Source: Nitrosopumilus sp.
Lineage (GTDB): Archaea > Thermoproteota > Nitrososphaeria > Nitrososphaerales > Nitrosopumilaceae
Assembly (NCBI GenBank): GCA_965238275.1
Contig: OZ250186.1
Location: 640,001-704,000 of the forward strand
Reading direction: 5' to 3'
Length of the DNA stretch: 64,000 nt
The notes under the pieces were generated by a model, which saw only the letters and a list, made by a program, of their open reading frames with translations, did no database searches and was not told the DNA's origin. Shown piece after piece: positions 27,673-36,464 of this stretch. How positions within the stretch are numbered: position 1 is the first letter of the stretch; every line of letters begins with the position of its first letter. The position numbers and the translations under genes are program-made.

Positions 27673-29568
27673 TTGGTTGACGTTAGTTGGATGATTGGCG
27701 GACCTCAAGGAACCGGCGTCGACTCGGGCGCGTCCGTATTCATGAAGGTCCTGGCGCGGTACGGTTACCATGTGTTTGGCACCAGAGAGTTTTTTACCAA
27801 TATCAAGGGGGAACACAGCCACTTTGTGGTCCGGATCTCAGACGAGCCCATCAACTCCACCGTCGAGGGGATGGACCTGCTTGCCGCCTTTGACGCAGAG
27901 ACCGTTCTGAGGCATTTTCACGATGTCTCTGGGGGAATCATATACAACTCTGATGTGGAAGGAACCAAGATGGAGGATATTCCAACCATCGACGAGACAG
28001 ACAAGAAAAGTATTGCAGGGCGCCTTTCATCCCAAGACAAGCAGCCGACCATGGCAGGAGCACTGGAGGCGGCCAAGGAGCGAGGCGTCCGGCTGTACCC
28101 GGTATCGTTCAACGGACTGCTTGACGACCTTGCAGAAAAGACCAACAATCCAAGAATGCGCGGCCTCTTGAGGATGCACAACACGATGGCAGTGGCGCTG
28201 TCACTCGGACTGCTCGGGGTGCCGCCCGAACCGATGCTTGAGGCGATCGGAAAGGTGTTTGAGAAGAATGCCCGGGCAGCCGGCGTAGTCAAGCAGACCG
28301 CGGAACACGCCTACAGTCACGCGGTAGCCGAATTCGACTATGCCGCCACCCTACCGCCTGTGGAGAAACAGCCGAGGACCATACTGGCAAACGGCTTCCA
28401 CGGGACAGCCCTTGGAAAGATAGCGTGCGGCTGCAGGCTCCAAGCCTACTACCCAATTACCCCGGCCACCGACGAGTCGTTCTATCTAGAGTCCAACGCG
28501 GTCTTCGACGTGGTGGACTCGCGGCCCGGTTCCATTGCCGTGGTGCAGACCGAAGACGAGCTGTCTGCAATCGGAGTGGCCGTGGGAGGATCGCTGACCG
28601 GAGTCCGTTCGTCTGTGGCCACGTCCGGCCCGGGACTGTGCCTGATGGTGGAGATCCTGGGATGGGCTGCAATCAGCGAGACGCCGTTGGTGATAACTGA
28701 CTACCAGAGGTCGGGGCCGTCATCCGGCATTGCCACAAAGCACGGACAAGACGATCTGGTCTTTTCGATATCCGCCGGACACGGGGACCTGGCAAAGATC
28801 GTGTATGCCTCCGGAACCATAGGGGAGAGCTTTTACGATACCGGAAACTGCTTCAACTACGCCGACATCTTCCAGGTTCCGGTGATACACCTGATGGACA
28901 GGTTCCTCGTGACATCCGTAACCACGTGCAAGCGGTTTGAGCCCCGGCTGGTCAGGATCAAGCGCGGAAAGATGCCAGACAGCGTGGGAAAAGACTACCG
29001 GAGATTCGAGATTACAGAGGACGGCATATCCCCGCGTTCGAGGCTGGGACTGGACGACGGAATATTCTGGACGACGGGGACAGAGTCCAACGAGTCCGGC
29101 CATTTTGACGAGAACCCCGCAATGCGCATGAAGATGATGCACAAGAGGATGTCCCGCCTTGGCCTGATACTCAAGGGCATCCCGGAAAAAGAGCAGGTAA
29201 CATCCTTCGGCGTCCGGGAATATACCGTGGTCTCGTGGGGCTCTACCAAGGGGCCGATAATCGATGCAATCAAGATGCTCAAGCGTGACGGGATCGACAT
29301 CGGATTCGTGCAGATAAAGCTGCTGCATCCGTTCCCGGCGGATCTTGTAACCTCCCTGCTCAAGGACGCCCGGGTGATAATAGACGTGGAGGCCAACTAT
29401 TCAGCCCAGCTTGCAAGCGTCCTAAAGCAGAACACGAGGATGGACTTTGACTACCACATCCTAAAGTACAACGGACGGGCCATGACGTGCACCGAAGTTT
29501 ACAGCACCCTCAAGAAAGTGGTCCGGAACGAGGCAGAGCAAAGGGAGATCCTGACTTATGACACATAA
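27673..29568 (+). CDS. 2-oxoacid:ferredoxin oxidoreductase alpha subunit (gamma-alpha fusion)
   Basis: IGGPQGTGV, YYPITPA, QTEDE, TSGPG, QRSGPS, WGSTKG. Confidence 0.92.
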   Translation: MVDVSWMIGGPQGTGVDSGASVFMKVLARYGYHVFGTREFFTNIKGEHSHFVVRISDEPINSTVEGMDLLAAFDAETVLRHFHDVSGGIIYNSDVEGTKMEDIPTIDETDKKSIAGRLSSQDKQPTMAGALEAAKERGVRLYPVSFNGLLDDLAEKTNNPRMRGLLRMHNTMAVALSLGLLGVPPEPMLEAIGKVFEKNARAAGVVKQTAEHAYSHAVAEFDYAATLPPVEKQPRTILANGFHGTALGKIACGCRLQAYYPITPATDESFYLESNAVFDVVDSRPGSIAVVQTEDELSAIGVAVGGSLTGVRSSVATSGPGLCLMVEILGWAAISETPLVITDYQRSGPSSGIATKHGQDDLVFSISAGHGDLAKIVYASGTIGESFYDTGNCFNYADIFQVPVIHLMDRFLVTSVTTCKRFEPRLVRIKRGKMPDSVGKDYRRFEITEDGISPRSRLGLDDGIFWTTGTESNESGHFDENPAMRMKMMHKRMSRLGLILKGIPEKEQVTSFGVREYTVVSWGSTKGPIIDAIKMLKRDGIDIGFVQIKLLHPFPADLVTSLLKDARVIIDVEANYSAQLASVLKQNTRMDFDYHILKYNGRAMTCTEVYSTLKKVVRNEAEQREILTYDT

Positions 29569-30520
29569 GGCGGCGGACTTTAGGACGGACGTCCACAACG
29601 ACTGGTGCCCGGGATGCGGCGACTTTGGAATACTCAATGCCATCCAGATGGCCCTGGCCGAGACCGGAATCCGCAGGGACAAGACGGCGATATTTGCCGG
29701 AATAGGGTGCTCCGGCAAGACGTACAGCTTTGTCAACACGTACGGCATCAACACCCTCCACGGCAGGGTGCTTCCGTTTGCCCAGGGGGCCAAGATCGCA
29801 AACAACGATCTTACGGTACTCGCAATCGGCGGGGACGGCGACGGGCTGGGAATCGGTGCCGGCCACTTCGTCGCGGCAGGCAGGAGGAACGTGGACATGA
29901 CCTACATCATATTTGACAACGGCGTGTACGGCCTGACAAAGGGGCAGGCCTCCCCCACCATGAGGCTCGGGGAGAAGCCAAAGTCACTGGCCACGCCAAA
30001 CAAGAACGACAACGTCAACCCGCTCGCGCTGGCAGTCACAAGCGGCTTTACGTTCATCGCGCGCGGCTACTCCTATGACGTCCGGCACCTGAAGGATCTG
30101 ATAATCCAAGCGATATACCACAAGGGGCTCTCCTTCCTGGACGTCTTGCAGCCGTGCCCGACGTACAACGACATCAACACCCACGACTGGTACGCCGGGG
30201 AGGATATGGCAGGCGAGTCCATGGAACGACACTCTAGGATATACAAGCTGGAGGACACCGGATACGATCCGATGGTCCACTACGACACCGGGGAGGAGAT
30301 AAACGAAAAGATGACGCAGGCACTGATAAAGTCCATGGAGTGGAACGACAAGATACCCACAGGCGTCTTTTACGTGAATGGCATATCGACGCCCTACAAC
30401 GAGAGGATGCTAGACGACATACCCAACTACATAGAGAACCCTCCGGCACGGCAGGAGATCTCCAACCTAGGCGTCTCGAATGTGGACATTACGCCCATGC
30501 TGGACTCTCTGGATGTATAG
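29558..30520 (+). CDS. 2-oxoacid:ferredoxin oxidoreductase beta subunit
   Basis: WCPGCGDFG, GIGCS, LHGR, GGDGDG TPP motif, QPCPTYN. Confidence 0.94.
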   Translation: MTHKAADFRTDVHNDWCPGCGDFGILNAIQMALAETGIRRDKTAIFAGIGCSGKTYSFVNTYGINTLHGRVLPFAQGAKIANNDLTVLAIGGDGDGLGIGAGHFVAAGRRNVDMTYIIFDNGVYGLTKGQASPTMRLGEKPKSLATPNKNDNVNPLALAVTSGFTFIARGYSYDVRHLKDLIIQAIYHKGLSFLDVLQPCPTYNDINTHDWYAGEDMAGESMERHSRIYKLEDTGYDPMVHYDTGEEINEKMTQALIKSMEWNDKIPTGVFYVNGISTPYNERMLDDIPNYIENPPARQEISNLGVSNVDITPMLDSLDV

Positions 30521-30597
30521 GGTAGGATCACTACTGGATGCTGGCCGGGCAAAAGAAAAAACGGATCCATGGGTAAAAAAACGCCGCAGTGTGAACG

Positions 30598-31299
30598 TCA
30601 TTCGTCAAGCAGTTCGAGGGCGACGGTCCTGCCCACCACCATCCCATCCTTATCAGTCTCGTTGGTCGCGCTAAGGAGTGTCGGAAACTGGCTCCCGTCC
30701 TTTCGGAGCATCCATATCTTGGACTTGTCGCGGCGCCCGTGCCTCCAGTTCTCCATGTTTGCGTGCAGGTTGCCCTTGCTTCTCGGGGCGGTGTGCTCGT
30801 AGAGACTGATTCCGACGACCTCGTCTTTTATGTATCCCAGGTTGTCCAGATATGACTGGCTGCAGTCAACTATCGTGCCTATATAGTCGACTGACCTGCG
30901 CATGACTTTGGGATCCTCGTAGCCCTCCTTGGCACCAACATTGTACATATCCTGCATCGCCTTGATGTCGGACATCACCCTCATGTTGATGCTTGCCCCG
31001 ATCACCTTTCCGTTTTCGTACACGTTCCTGATCGTCCGTATCACGTCCACAACTTCCCCGTCCCTTGTCTGCAGCTGGATCCTGTTAGAGACGTTTGTCG
31101 CAAACGTATTCTTCCAGGCGAGGTACACGCGCCATATATGATCGCGGAGATCGTCTGGCACATGATCCAAAATGGACGTGCCTATCACCTCATCAACCGT
31201 ATACCCCAACCTCTCAGCATAAAGCTGGTTGCAGTCCGTGATTATGCCGTCGGGAGTGACGTACCGGTATAGCACCGGTATTGATGCATGTACTGACAT
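30598..31299 (-). CDS. Stand-alone tandem PAS-PAS protein
   Basis: Two repeats: DGIITDCNQLYAERLGYTVDEVIG and GTIVDCSQSYLDNLGYIKDEVVG; RDGE/RKDGS PAC motifs. Confidence 0.85.
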   Translation of the reverse strand: MSVHASIPVLYRYVTPDGIITDCNQLYAERLGYTVDEVIGTSILDHVPDDLRDHIWRVYLAWKNTFATNVSNRIQLQTRDGEVVDVIRTIRNVYENGKVIGASINMRVMSDIKAMQDMYNVGAKEGYEDPKVMRRSVDYIGTIVDCSQSYLDNLGYIKDEVVGISLYEHTAPRSKGNLHANMENWRHGRRDKSKIWMLRKDGSQFPTLLSATNETDKDGMVVGRTVALELLDE

Positions 31300-31486
31300 T
31301 ACTAAAGGGTGACCAGCCTATTTTATAAGAAAATCTACGGCGCCAAGTGGTGGTGGGGAAGTCTTTCAGGTGTGGTTTCAAGCTGAACAACCGGTGTCTG
31401 TATACAACCTAGATGGAAAAATGAGCGAAACAATGTGTCCAACACCGCATAAGGTCTAATTAATACAATTGGCAAGTACGGTATGT

Positions 31487-32569
31487 ATGGACAGGAAGGA
31501 TAATCTCAGAACCGGCTACACCACGGGAAGTTCGGCCACGGCAGCTTCCAAGGCCGCACTGCTGGCAATACTCGGCCAGCAGGACATATCCAGCGTAGAG
31601 ATCCAGCTGCCCAAGGGCAACTGCATACAGATTCCGGTAATCTCCTGTAGACATTGGTCCGATAGGGCAAGGTGCACTGTAGTCAAGGACGGGGGGGACG
31701 ATCCCGACGTGACCCACGGCGCTGAGATCATAGTGGATCTGTCCCTTACTGATGCGGTAGGAAAAATAGACATAGACGGGGGCCAAGGTATTGGAATAGT
31801 CACAAAGCCTGGTCTGGGACTGGAGATAAACAAACCCGCCATCAATCCGGTGCCCAAAAAGATGATTACCAAGAACCTGCAGGATGCCGGAGGGCAGATA
31901 CTTGACAAACACGGGATCCGGGTGGTGATCTCGGTTCCCAAAGGCACCGAGCTTGGTCCAAAGACTGACAATCCGAGAATAGGCATCAAGGGCGGCATCT
32001 CGATTCTGGGCACAAGCGGAATCGTCATTCCGTTTTCTACGGCATCATACGCTGCATCAATTCGGCAGAATCTGGATGTTGCAGTGGCCATGGGTAATGA
32101 TACCGTGGTGTTGACGACTGGAGGACGAAGCGAGGAGATGGCAAAGAAGATAGTGAGTCTTCCCGAGCACTGTTTTATACAGATGGGCGACTTTTCCGGA
32201 TACACCATACAACAGTGTGGCAGAAAGGGAATCAAAAAGGCATACATCGTGGGATTCATCGGAAAACTTGCAAAGATGGCAGCAGGAGTCAAGCAGACCC
32301 ATGTCAAGGGATCCAAGGTGGACATGAGGTTTCTTGCGGGACTGGCAGAACAGTCCGGTGCCGATGCAGACACTGTCAGAGAGATAAGGAGGGCAAACAC
32401 TGCAAGGCATGTCTCTGAGATTGTTCAGGGTAACGGAACCCGCGGGTTCTTTGATCTGATATGCAACCATACATACGAACACATGAGAAGGCACTGCAAC
32501 GGTTCGGTTCCAATTGAGGTTGTGCTATTTGACTTTGACGGAAGCATTCTGGCCCAGTCAAGCCGGTAG
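31487..32569 (+). CDS. cbiD: Cobalt-precorrin-5B C1-methyltransferase
   Basis: LRTGYTTGSSA, KDGGDDPDVTHG, AINPVP, GGISILGTSGIV. Confidence 0.95.
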   Translation: MDRKDNLRTGYTTGSSATAASKAALLAILGQQDISSVEIQLPKGNCIQIPVISCRHWSDRARCTVVKDGGDDPDVTHGAEIIVDLSLTDAVGKIDIDGGQGIGIVTKPGLGLEINKPAINPVPKKMITKNLQDAGGQILDKHGIRVVISVPKGTELGPKTDNPRIGIKGGISILGTSGIVIPFSTASYAASIRQNLDVAVAMGNDTVVLTTGGRSEEMAKKIVSLPEHCFIQMGDFSGYTIQQCGRKGIKKAYIVGFIGKLAKMAAGVKQTHVKGSKVDMRFLAGLAEQSGADADTVREIRRANTARHVSEIVQGNGTRGFFDLICNHTYEHMRRHCNGSVPIEVVLFDFDGSILAQSSR

Positions 32570-32577
32570 TGTTGGTT

Positions 32578-32618
32578 CTGGTAAATCTTCATGATCTGAT
32601 CACCGAAATCTGCCAGAG
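32578..32618. repeat. 41-bp palindromic direct repeat, copy 1
   Basis: CTGGTAAATCTTCATGATCTGATCACCGAAATCTGCCAGAG; 34/41 identical to 33482-33522. Confidence 0.85.
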
Positions 32619-32644
32619 CCAGAGGCCCTTGTCAACCCGTTTGG

Positions 32645-32850
32645 ATCCTACTCGATAGGATACGTGGTTGGAATCCTGGTCCTACCGTTTGCGATTGGTT
32701 GACTCCAGAAGGACATCCTGGTCGCAAACCTCGCCGTGGCGCTGATTTACAGCATGGTATCGTTTGTGAGGGCGTACTTGGGCGCGTGTTTGATAAACTT
32801 GCCTGATGACAATTTCATAAAACTTGGCAGGAGACTTTGTGAGAAGATTG
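32645..32850 (+). pseudogene. Degraded small membrane-protein gene
   Basis: Frame reads YSIGYVVGILVLPFAIG*LQKDILVANLAVALIYSMVSFVRAYL with an internal stop and later frame disruptions. Confidence 0.4.
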
Positions 32851-32872
32851 GGGCGTAACTTTCTTTTCAGAG

Positions 32873-33124
32873 ATGTGTAATAATGCAACTGGCATTAGTG
32901 AAAAATACATGGAAGATGAAATAGAAACTGAACTAATGCATAAAAAACGGGAAAAAGGATTTGCTAAATTGGAAAAGGATTTAGATGATTTTAGAGAATA
33001 TTTCAACAGTACAAAAAATGCAGATGTGATATTGACGTATGCAAACATTATGAGGATGCAAGAAACAAAGTTTTTCATCTACCACATGATTCAAAAAATA
33101 ACACTAAATCAAATTCAGGATTAA
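32873..33124 (+). CDS. AT-rich hypothetical protein
   Basis: 83-aa ORF in a low-GC island; no recognisable motif. Confidence 0.4.
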   Translation: MCNNATGISEKYMEDEIETELMHKKREKGFAKLEKDLDDFREYFNSTKNADVILTYANIMRMQETKFFIYHMIQKITLNQIQD

Positions 33125-33129
33125 ATGAA

Positions 33130-33411
33130 ATGGGTATGTTTGATAACAATAATGAAATGCACATTACTGTATTTAGGTTAAAAAAAGGCATTATACCAGT
33201 TATAGTTAAGATTCCAAAAACTAATGCAAATGGCATTAAAATGAGATATAATAGTTTCATATTAAAAAAAGAAAAAAGATATTATTATACCTTGGATGTA
33301 TCCTGCAACTCTATTATTCCATATGCCTTGACAGTAACCGGAACTGGCGAGATTGATTGTGCCTACGCTGAGAATGCCGGCTGTGGAATTAAGATCACTT
33401 TTAAGATGTGA
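33130..33411 (+). CDS. AT-rich hypothetical protein
   Basis: 93-aa ORF 5 bp after the previous one. Confidence 0.4.
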   Translation: MGMFDNNNEMHITVFRLKKGIIPVIVKIPKTNANGIKMRYNSFILKKEKRYYYTLDVSCNSIIPYALTVTGTGEIDCAYAENAGCGIKITFKM

Positions 33412-33481
33412 TTCTGATGTTTCTCAAGCATTTGAAACGAGTGTGACCAGATCCATTCCAAGTTTCTTTATGGACTGGATC

Positions 33482-33522
33482 CTGGTAAATTCTGGTGATC
33501 TGATCACTGAAATTTACCAGAG
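33482..33522. repeat. 41-bp palindromic direct repeat, copy 2
   Basis: CTGGTAAATT-CTG-GTGATC-T-GATCAC-TGA-AATTTACCAG, perfect 10-bp and 6-bp arms. Confidence 0.85.
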
Positions 33523-33655
33523 TTGTAGTGTCTGCAAACCTGGTGGCTGATCGATTCTCCGTGGATGAATGCCGCAAGTATTCAAGGGACACACGCAAAA
33601 AATCTCAAAAGGACACAACGGTTCCCAACGTGACATGTACATGATCAGGACAAAA

Positions 33656-33779
33656 GACTATTCTTTTATCTTTAACGCGCCTGACGGGCATTCCTTGACT
33701 GTTCTTCTTATCTCCTCGACTATTCTTTTATCTTTAACGCGCCTGACGGGCATTCCTTGACTGTTCTTCTTATCTCCTC
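33656..33779. repeat. Exact 62-bp tandem duplication (2 copies)
   Basis: 33656-33717 is identical to 33718-33779; covers the 3' end of the ferredoxin gene. Confidence 0.95.
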
Positions 33780-33896
33780 AGGAGCACCATCCTGTATTAT
33801 GACAAATTTGTCATTCTGTTTTGTAAACACGGAGGGGAGATTCTTTACGCACTTGCCTGAATGAATACAGACGTTCTCATCCCAACTAACTTCCAT
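33720..33896 (-). CDS. Divergent 4Fe-4S mono-cluster ferredoxin (YjdI/Fer4_19-like), 58 aa, absent from the ORF track
   Basis: MEVSWDENVCIHSGKCVKNLPSVF...VKECPSGALKIKE: CxHxxxC...CPSGAL signature. Confidence 0.85.
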   Translation of the reverse strand: MEVSWDENVCIHSGKCVKNLPSVFTKQNDKFVIIQDGAPEEIRRTVKECPSGALKIKE

Positions 33897-34029
33897 GCGT
33901 CTGTTCTAGCATGCTGTTACAAAAACCTATTGTTGCATCCGGAATGATTCACCCTCCATACCCGGATTCTCCTGAAATGTAGCGTGACAATTGCAAAGAT
34001 ATTTTATCAAAGTAACCAATTCCTTGTTT

Positions 34030-35082
34030 ATGGAAAATGTGTCTGTTCTTGTCATTACCAAGAACGGGGTAAGAATGGGGGCAGACCTCAAGAAAATGTT
34101 CCCGGACTGGCATGTCCTTGCGCCTGAAAAACTCTCCAACGGAAGCGACGCAATAACCTGGTACCCTGAATCCACCACCCAGAAGATAGTCCAGTTGTTT
34201 CAGAACAGTGATGCGCTGGTCTGCATCTTCTCTCTGGGGGCCGTAATCAGACTGATCGCGCCGCACCTGAAGAGCAAGAAGACGGATCCGGCCGTGGTGG
34301 TAATTGATGATCAAGGGGGCTTTGTAATCAGCACGCTGTCCGGACACCTTGGAGGTGCCAACGAACTGACCCTGGAGATTGCAGACCGGATGGGGGCCAC
34401 GCCTGTCATCACCACTGCTGCAGACGTGAACAAGACGATATCCGTAGACCTGATAGGGAGGAATCTGGGATGGCAGATTGAGGATGACTCTGCTGTTACT
34501 AGGGTCAGCGCCCACATGGTAAACGGGGAGGCCATCGGCGTCTTTCAGGATGCCGGCAGCAGGGAATGGTACACAAAACTACCGCACAACGTCACCATGT
34601 ACCATGACATGAACTCCCTGAGGGGATCCGGCTCCAAAGGACACATTATAATCTCGGATCGGACAATTAGCGGCATGATGCCTGCGGATTCCGTGGTGTA
34701 CAGACCCCCGAGTCTGGTGGTGGGCGTGGGGCTGCACTGGGACACCCACAAGGATACCATCAAAGCCGGGATTGCAGACACCCTTGAGAGGTTCGGCCTC
34801 AGCCCAATCTCGGTATCAGGACTGGCATCGATAAGGAAGCCGCAGGACATACCCGGGCTGATACAGGCTGCACAGGAGATGGACGTACCGGTAGAGTATG
34901 TGGATCGGGAAGAACTGGCCCGAATCCAGACCCCGAACCCCTCAGACACTGTAAGGTCCTTTGAGGGAACTGCAAGCGTCTCAGAGGCTGCTGCCATGAT
35001 ATCTGCTAGCGGTAACCTGGTTGTAGAAAAACAGAAATTCCCACCGAATCTGACCATAGCCATAGCACGGAGAATGAATTGA
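34030..35082 (+). CDS. cbiG: Cobalt-precorrin-5A hydrolase
   Basis: KKTDPAVVVID, LSGHLGGAN, ITTAAD, SVSEAAA. Confidence 0.93.
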   Translation: MENVSVLVITKNGVRMGADLKKMFPDWHVLAPEKLSNGSDAITWYPESTTQKIVQLFQNSDALVCIFSLGAVIRLIAPHLKSKKTDPAVVVIDDQGGFVISTLSGHLGGANELTLEIADRMGATPVITTAADVNKTISVDLIGRNLGWQIEDDSAVTRVSAHMVNGEAIGVFQDAGSREWYTKLPHNVTMYHDMNSLRGSGSKGHIIISDRTISGMMPADSVVYRPPSLVVGVGLHWDTHKDTIKAGIADTLERFGLSPISVSGLASIRKPQDIPGLIQAAQEMDVPVEYVDREELARIQTPNPSDTVRSFEGTASVSEAAAMISASGNLVVEKQKFPPNLTIAIARRMN

Positions 35083-35831
35083 GGCGCGGACTGTTACTCA
35101 TAGACAGGGGAAGCCGGCAGAGGGAGGCATCTGAGGAACTTGAGACGATCTGCTCGGAGATAATGTCACGGGATCGATATGCCTTTGTCGATTTCTGCTT
35201 TCTGGAAGTTGAGCCGCCATACATAGAGGACGGAATTGCAAGATGTCTCAGGCAGGATATCGACTCGCTAACAATTGTGCCGTACTTTCTGTACCCCGGA
35301 AGAAAGGTCAAATGTGCCGTCACTGATGTCATGAAGTTTCAAAAGGATACGGAGGTAAAGTTTGTCGTTACAAAACCCATGAGCATGCACAAGACCCTGG
35401 TAAGCCTAGTCCGGAATAGGATAACTACCACCATGGAGGAGAACCACGTGACCCTTCCGGAGAAGGACGTGGATGTCATGCTTATTGGGCACGGAAGCAA
35501 AGACTCCAACGCGCGTCTGTCCTTGGATTACATTGTAAACGAATTGCAGGACTCGTACCGGAACGTAAGCCGGTGCTGGCTGGAGATAGAGCAGCCGGAC
35601 ATATTCCAAGGAGTCAAGAAATGCTCAGATGACAAGCCCCGGGTGCTGATGGTGGTGTTTTACTTTCTGCACGAGGGTGCACACGTAAAGACTGACATCA
35701 ACAACGATCTGATGCCTGCCCTTGCCGACTCTGGAATCAAGACATTCTACATAACAAAACATCTGGGTACCGACCCAAAGATGATCGACCTGATCATGGA
35801 GAGGGCAGGGGACGTGGAAAATGCAGACTGA
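35079..35831 (+). CDS. cbiX: Sirohydrochlorin cobaltochelatase, two-domain
   Basis: DRGS...FLEVEPP; IGHGS...FLHEGAHVKTDI. Confidence 0.88.
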   Translation: MRRGLLLIDRGSRQREASEELETICSEIMSRDRYAFVDFCFLEVEPPYIEDGIARCLRQDIDSLTIVPYFLYPGRKVKCAVTDVMKFQKDTEVKFVVTKPMSMHKTLVSLVRNRITTTMEENHVTLPEKDVDVMLIGHGSKDSNARLSLDYIVNELQDSYRNVSRCWLEIEQPDIFQGVKKCSDDKPRVLMVVFYFLHEGAHVKTDINNDLMPALADSGIKTFYITKHLGTDPKMIDLIMERAGDVENAD

Positions 35832-36456
35832 GAAAGGACAGTCCATAGAGGACGCAAGCATGCAGGTCATCGACGATGAGATCGGATCACATCACTACGA
35901 CGAGATGGAATGGCCCATCGTCAGGAGGGTGATTCATTCCACTGCAGATTTTGATTTTGCAGGAAAAAACAGGATAATCTTCTGCAACAACGCCATCCGG
36001 AGTGGTATGAATGCGCTGAGGAACGGCTGCAGCATAGTCGTGGATGTTAACGGCGTTCTGGGAGGCCTCAACAAACAGAACCTCAGGGAATTTGGCAACA
36101 AGACTGTCTGCAACATCTCGGATCCGGCCGTCATGGAGGCTGCAAAAAGGCAGGGAACGACGCGTTCCAGGGTCTCCATGCGAATGGCAGCCGGACAGAT
36201 CGATGGCGGTGTGGTGGTAGTTGGCAACGCACCTACTGCGCTGCAGGAGGTGGTTCAGATGACCGCGGAGGGCACGGCCAGCCCCGCACTGATAATAGGA
36301 ATTCCTGTGGGATTCATATGTGCTGCAGAATCAAAAGAGGAACTCTCAAAATCTGCAGCACCGCACATCACCAACCTAGGCCGGAAGGGCGGCAGCCCGT
36401 CGGCCTCTGCAATAACCAACGCACTCTTCAAACTGATCCGGGCAGAATCCCCCTGA
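35821..36456 (+). CDS. cbiC: Precorrin-8X methylmutase
   Basis: RRVIHSTAD, GNAPTAL, PVGFICAAESK, GRKGGS. Confidence 0.95.
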   Translation: MQTEKGQSIEDASMQVIDDEIGSHHYDEMEWPIVRRVIHSTADFDFAGKNRIIFCNNAIRSGMNALRNGCSIVVDVNGVLGGLNKQNLREFGNKTVCNISDPAVMEAAKRQGTTRSRVSMRMAAGQIDGGVVVVGNAPTALQEVVQMTAEGTASPALIIGIPVGFICAAESKEELSKSAAPHITNLGRKGGSPSASAITNALFKLIRAESP

Positions 36457-36464
36457 TTGGCACC

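Noticed and set aside
30598-31299. PAS protein as a LOV photoreceptor
   Set aside because: No GxNCRFLQ motif in either domain.
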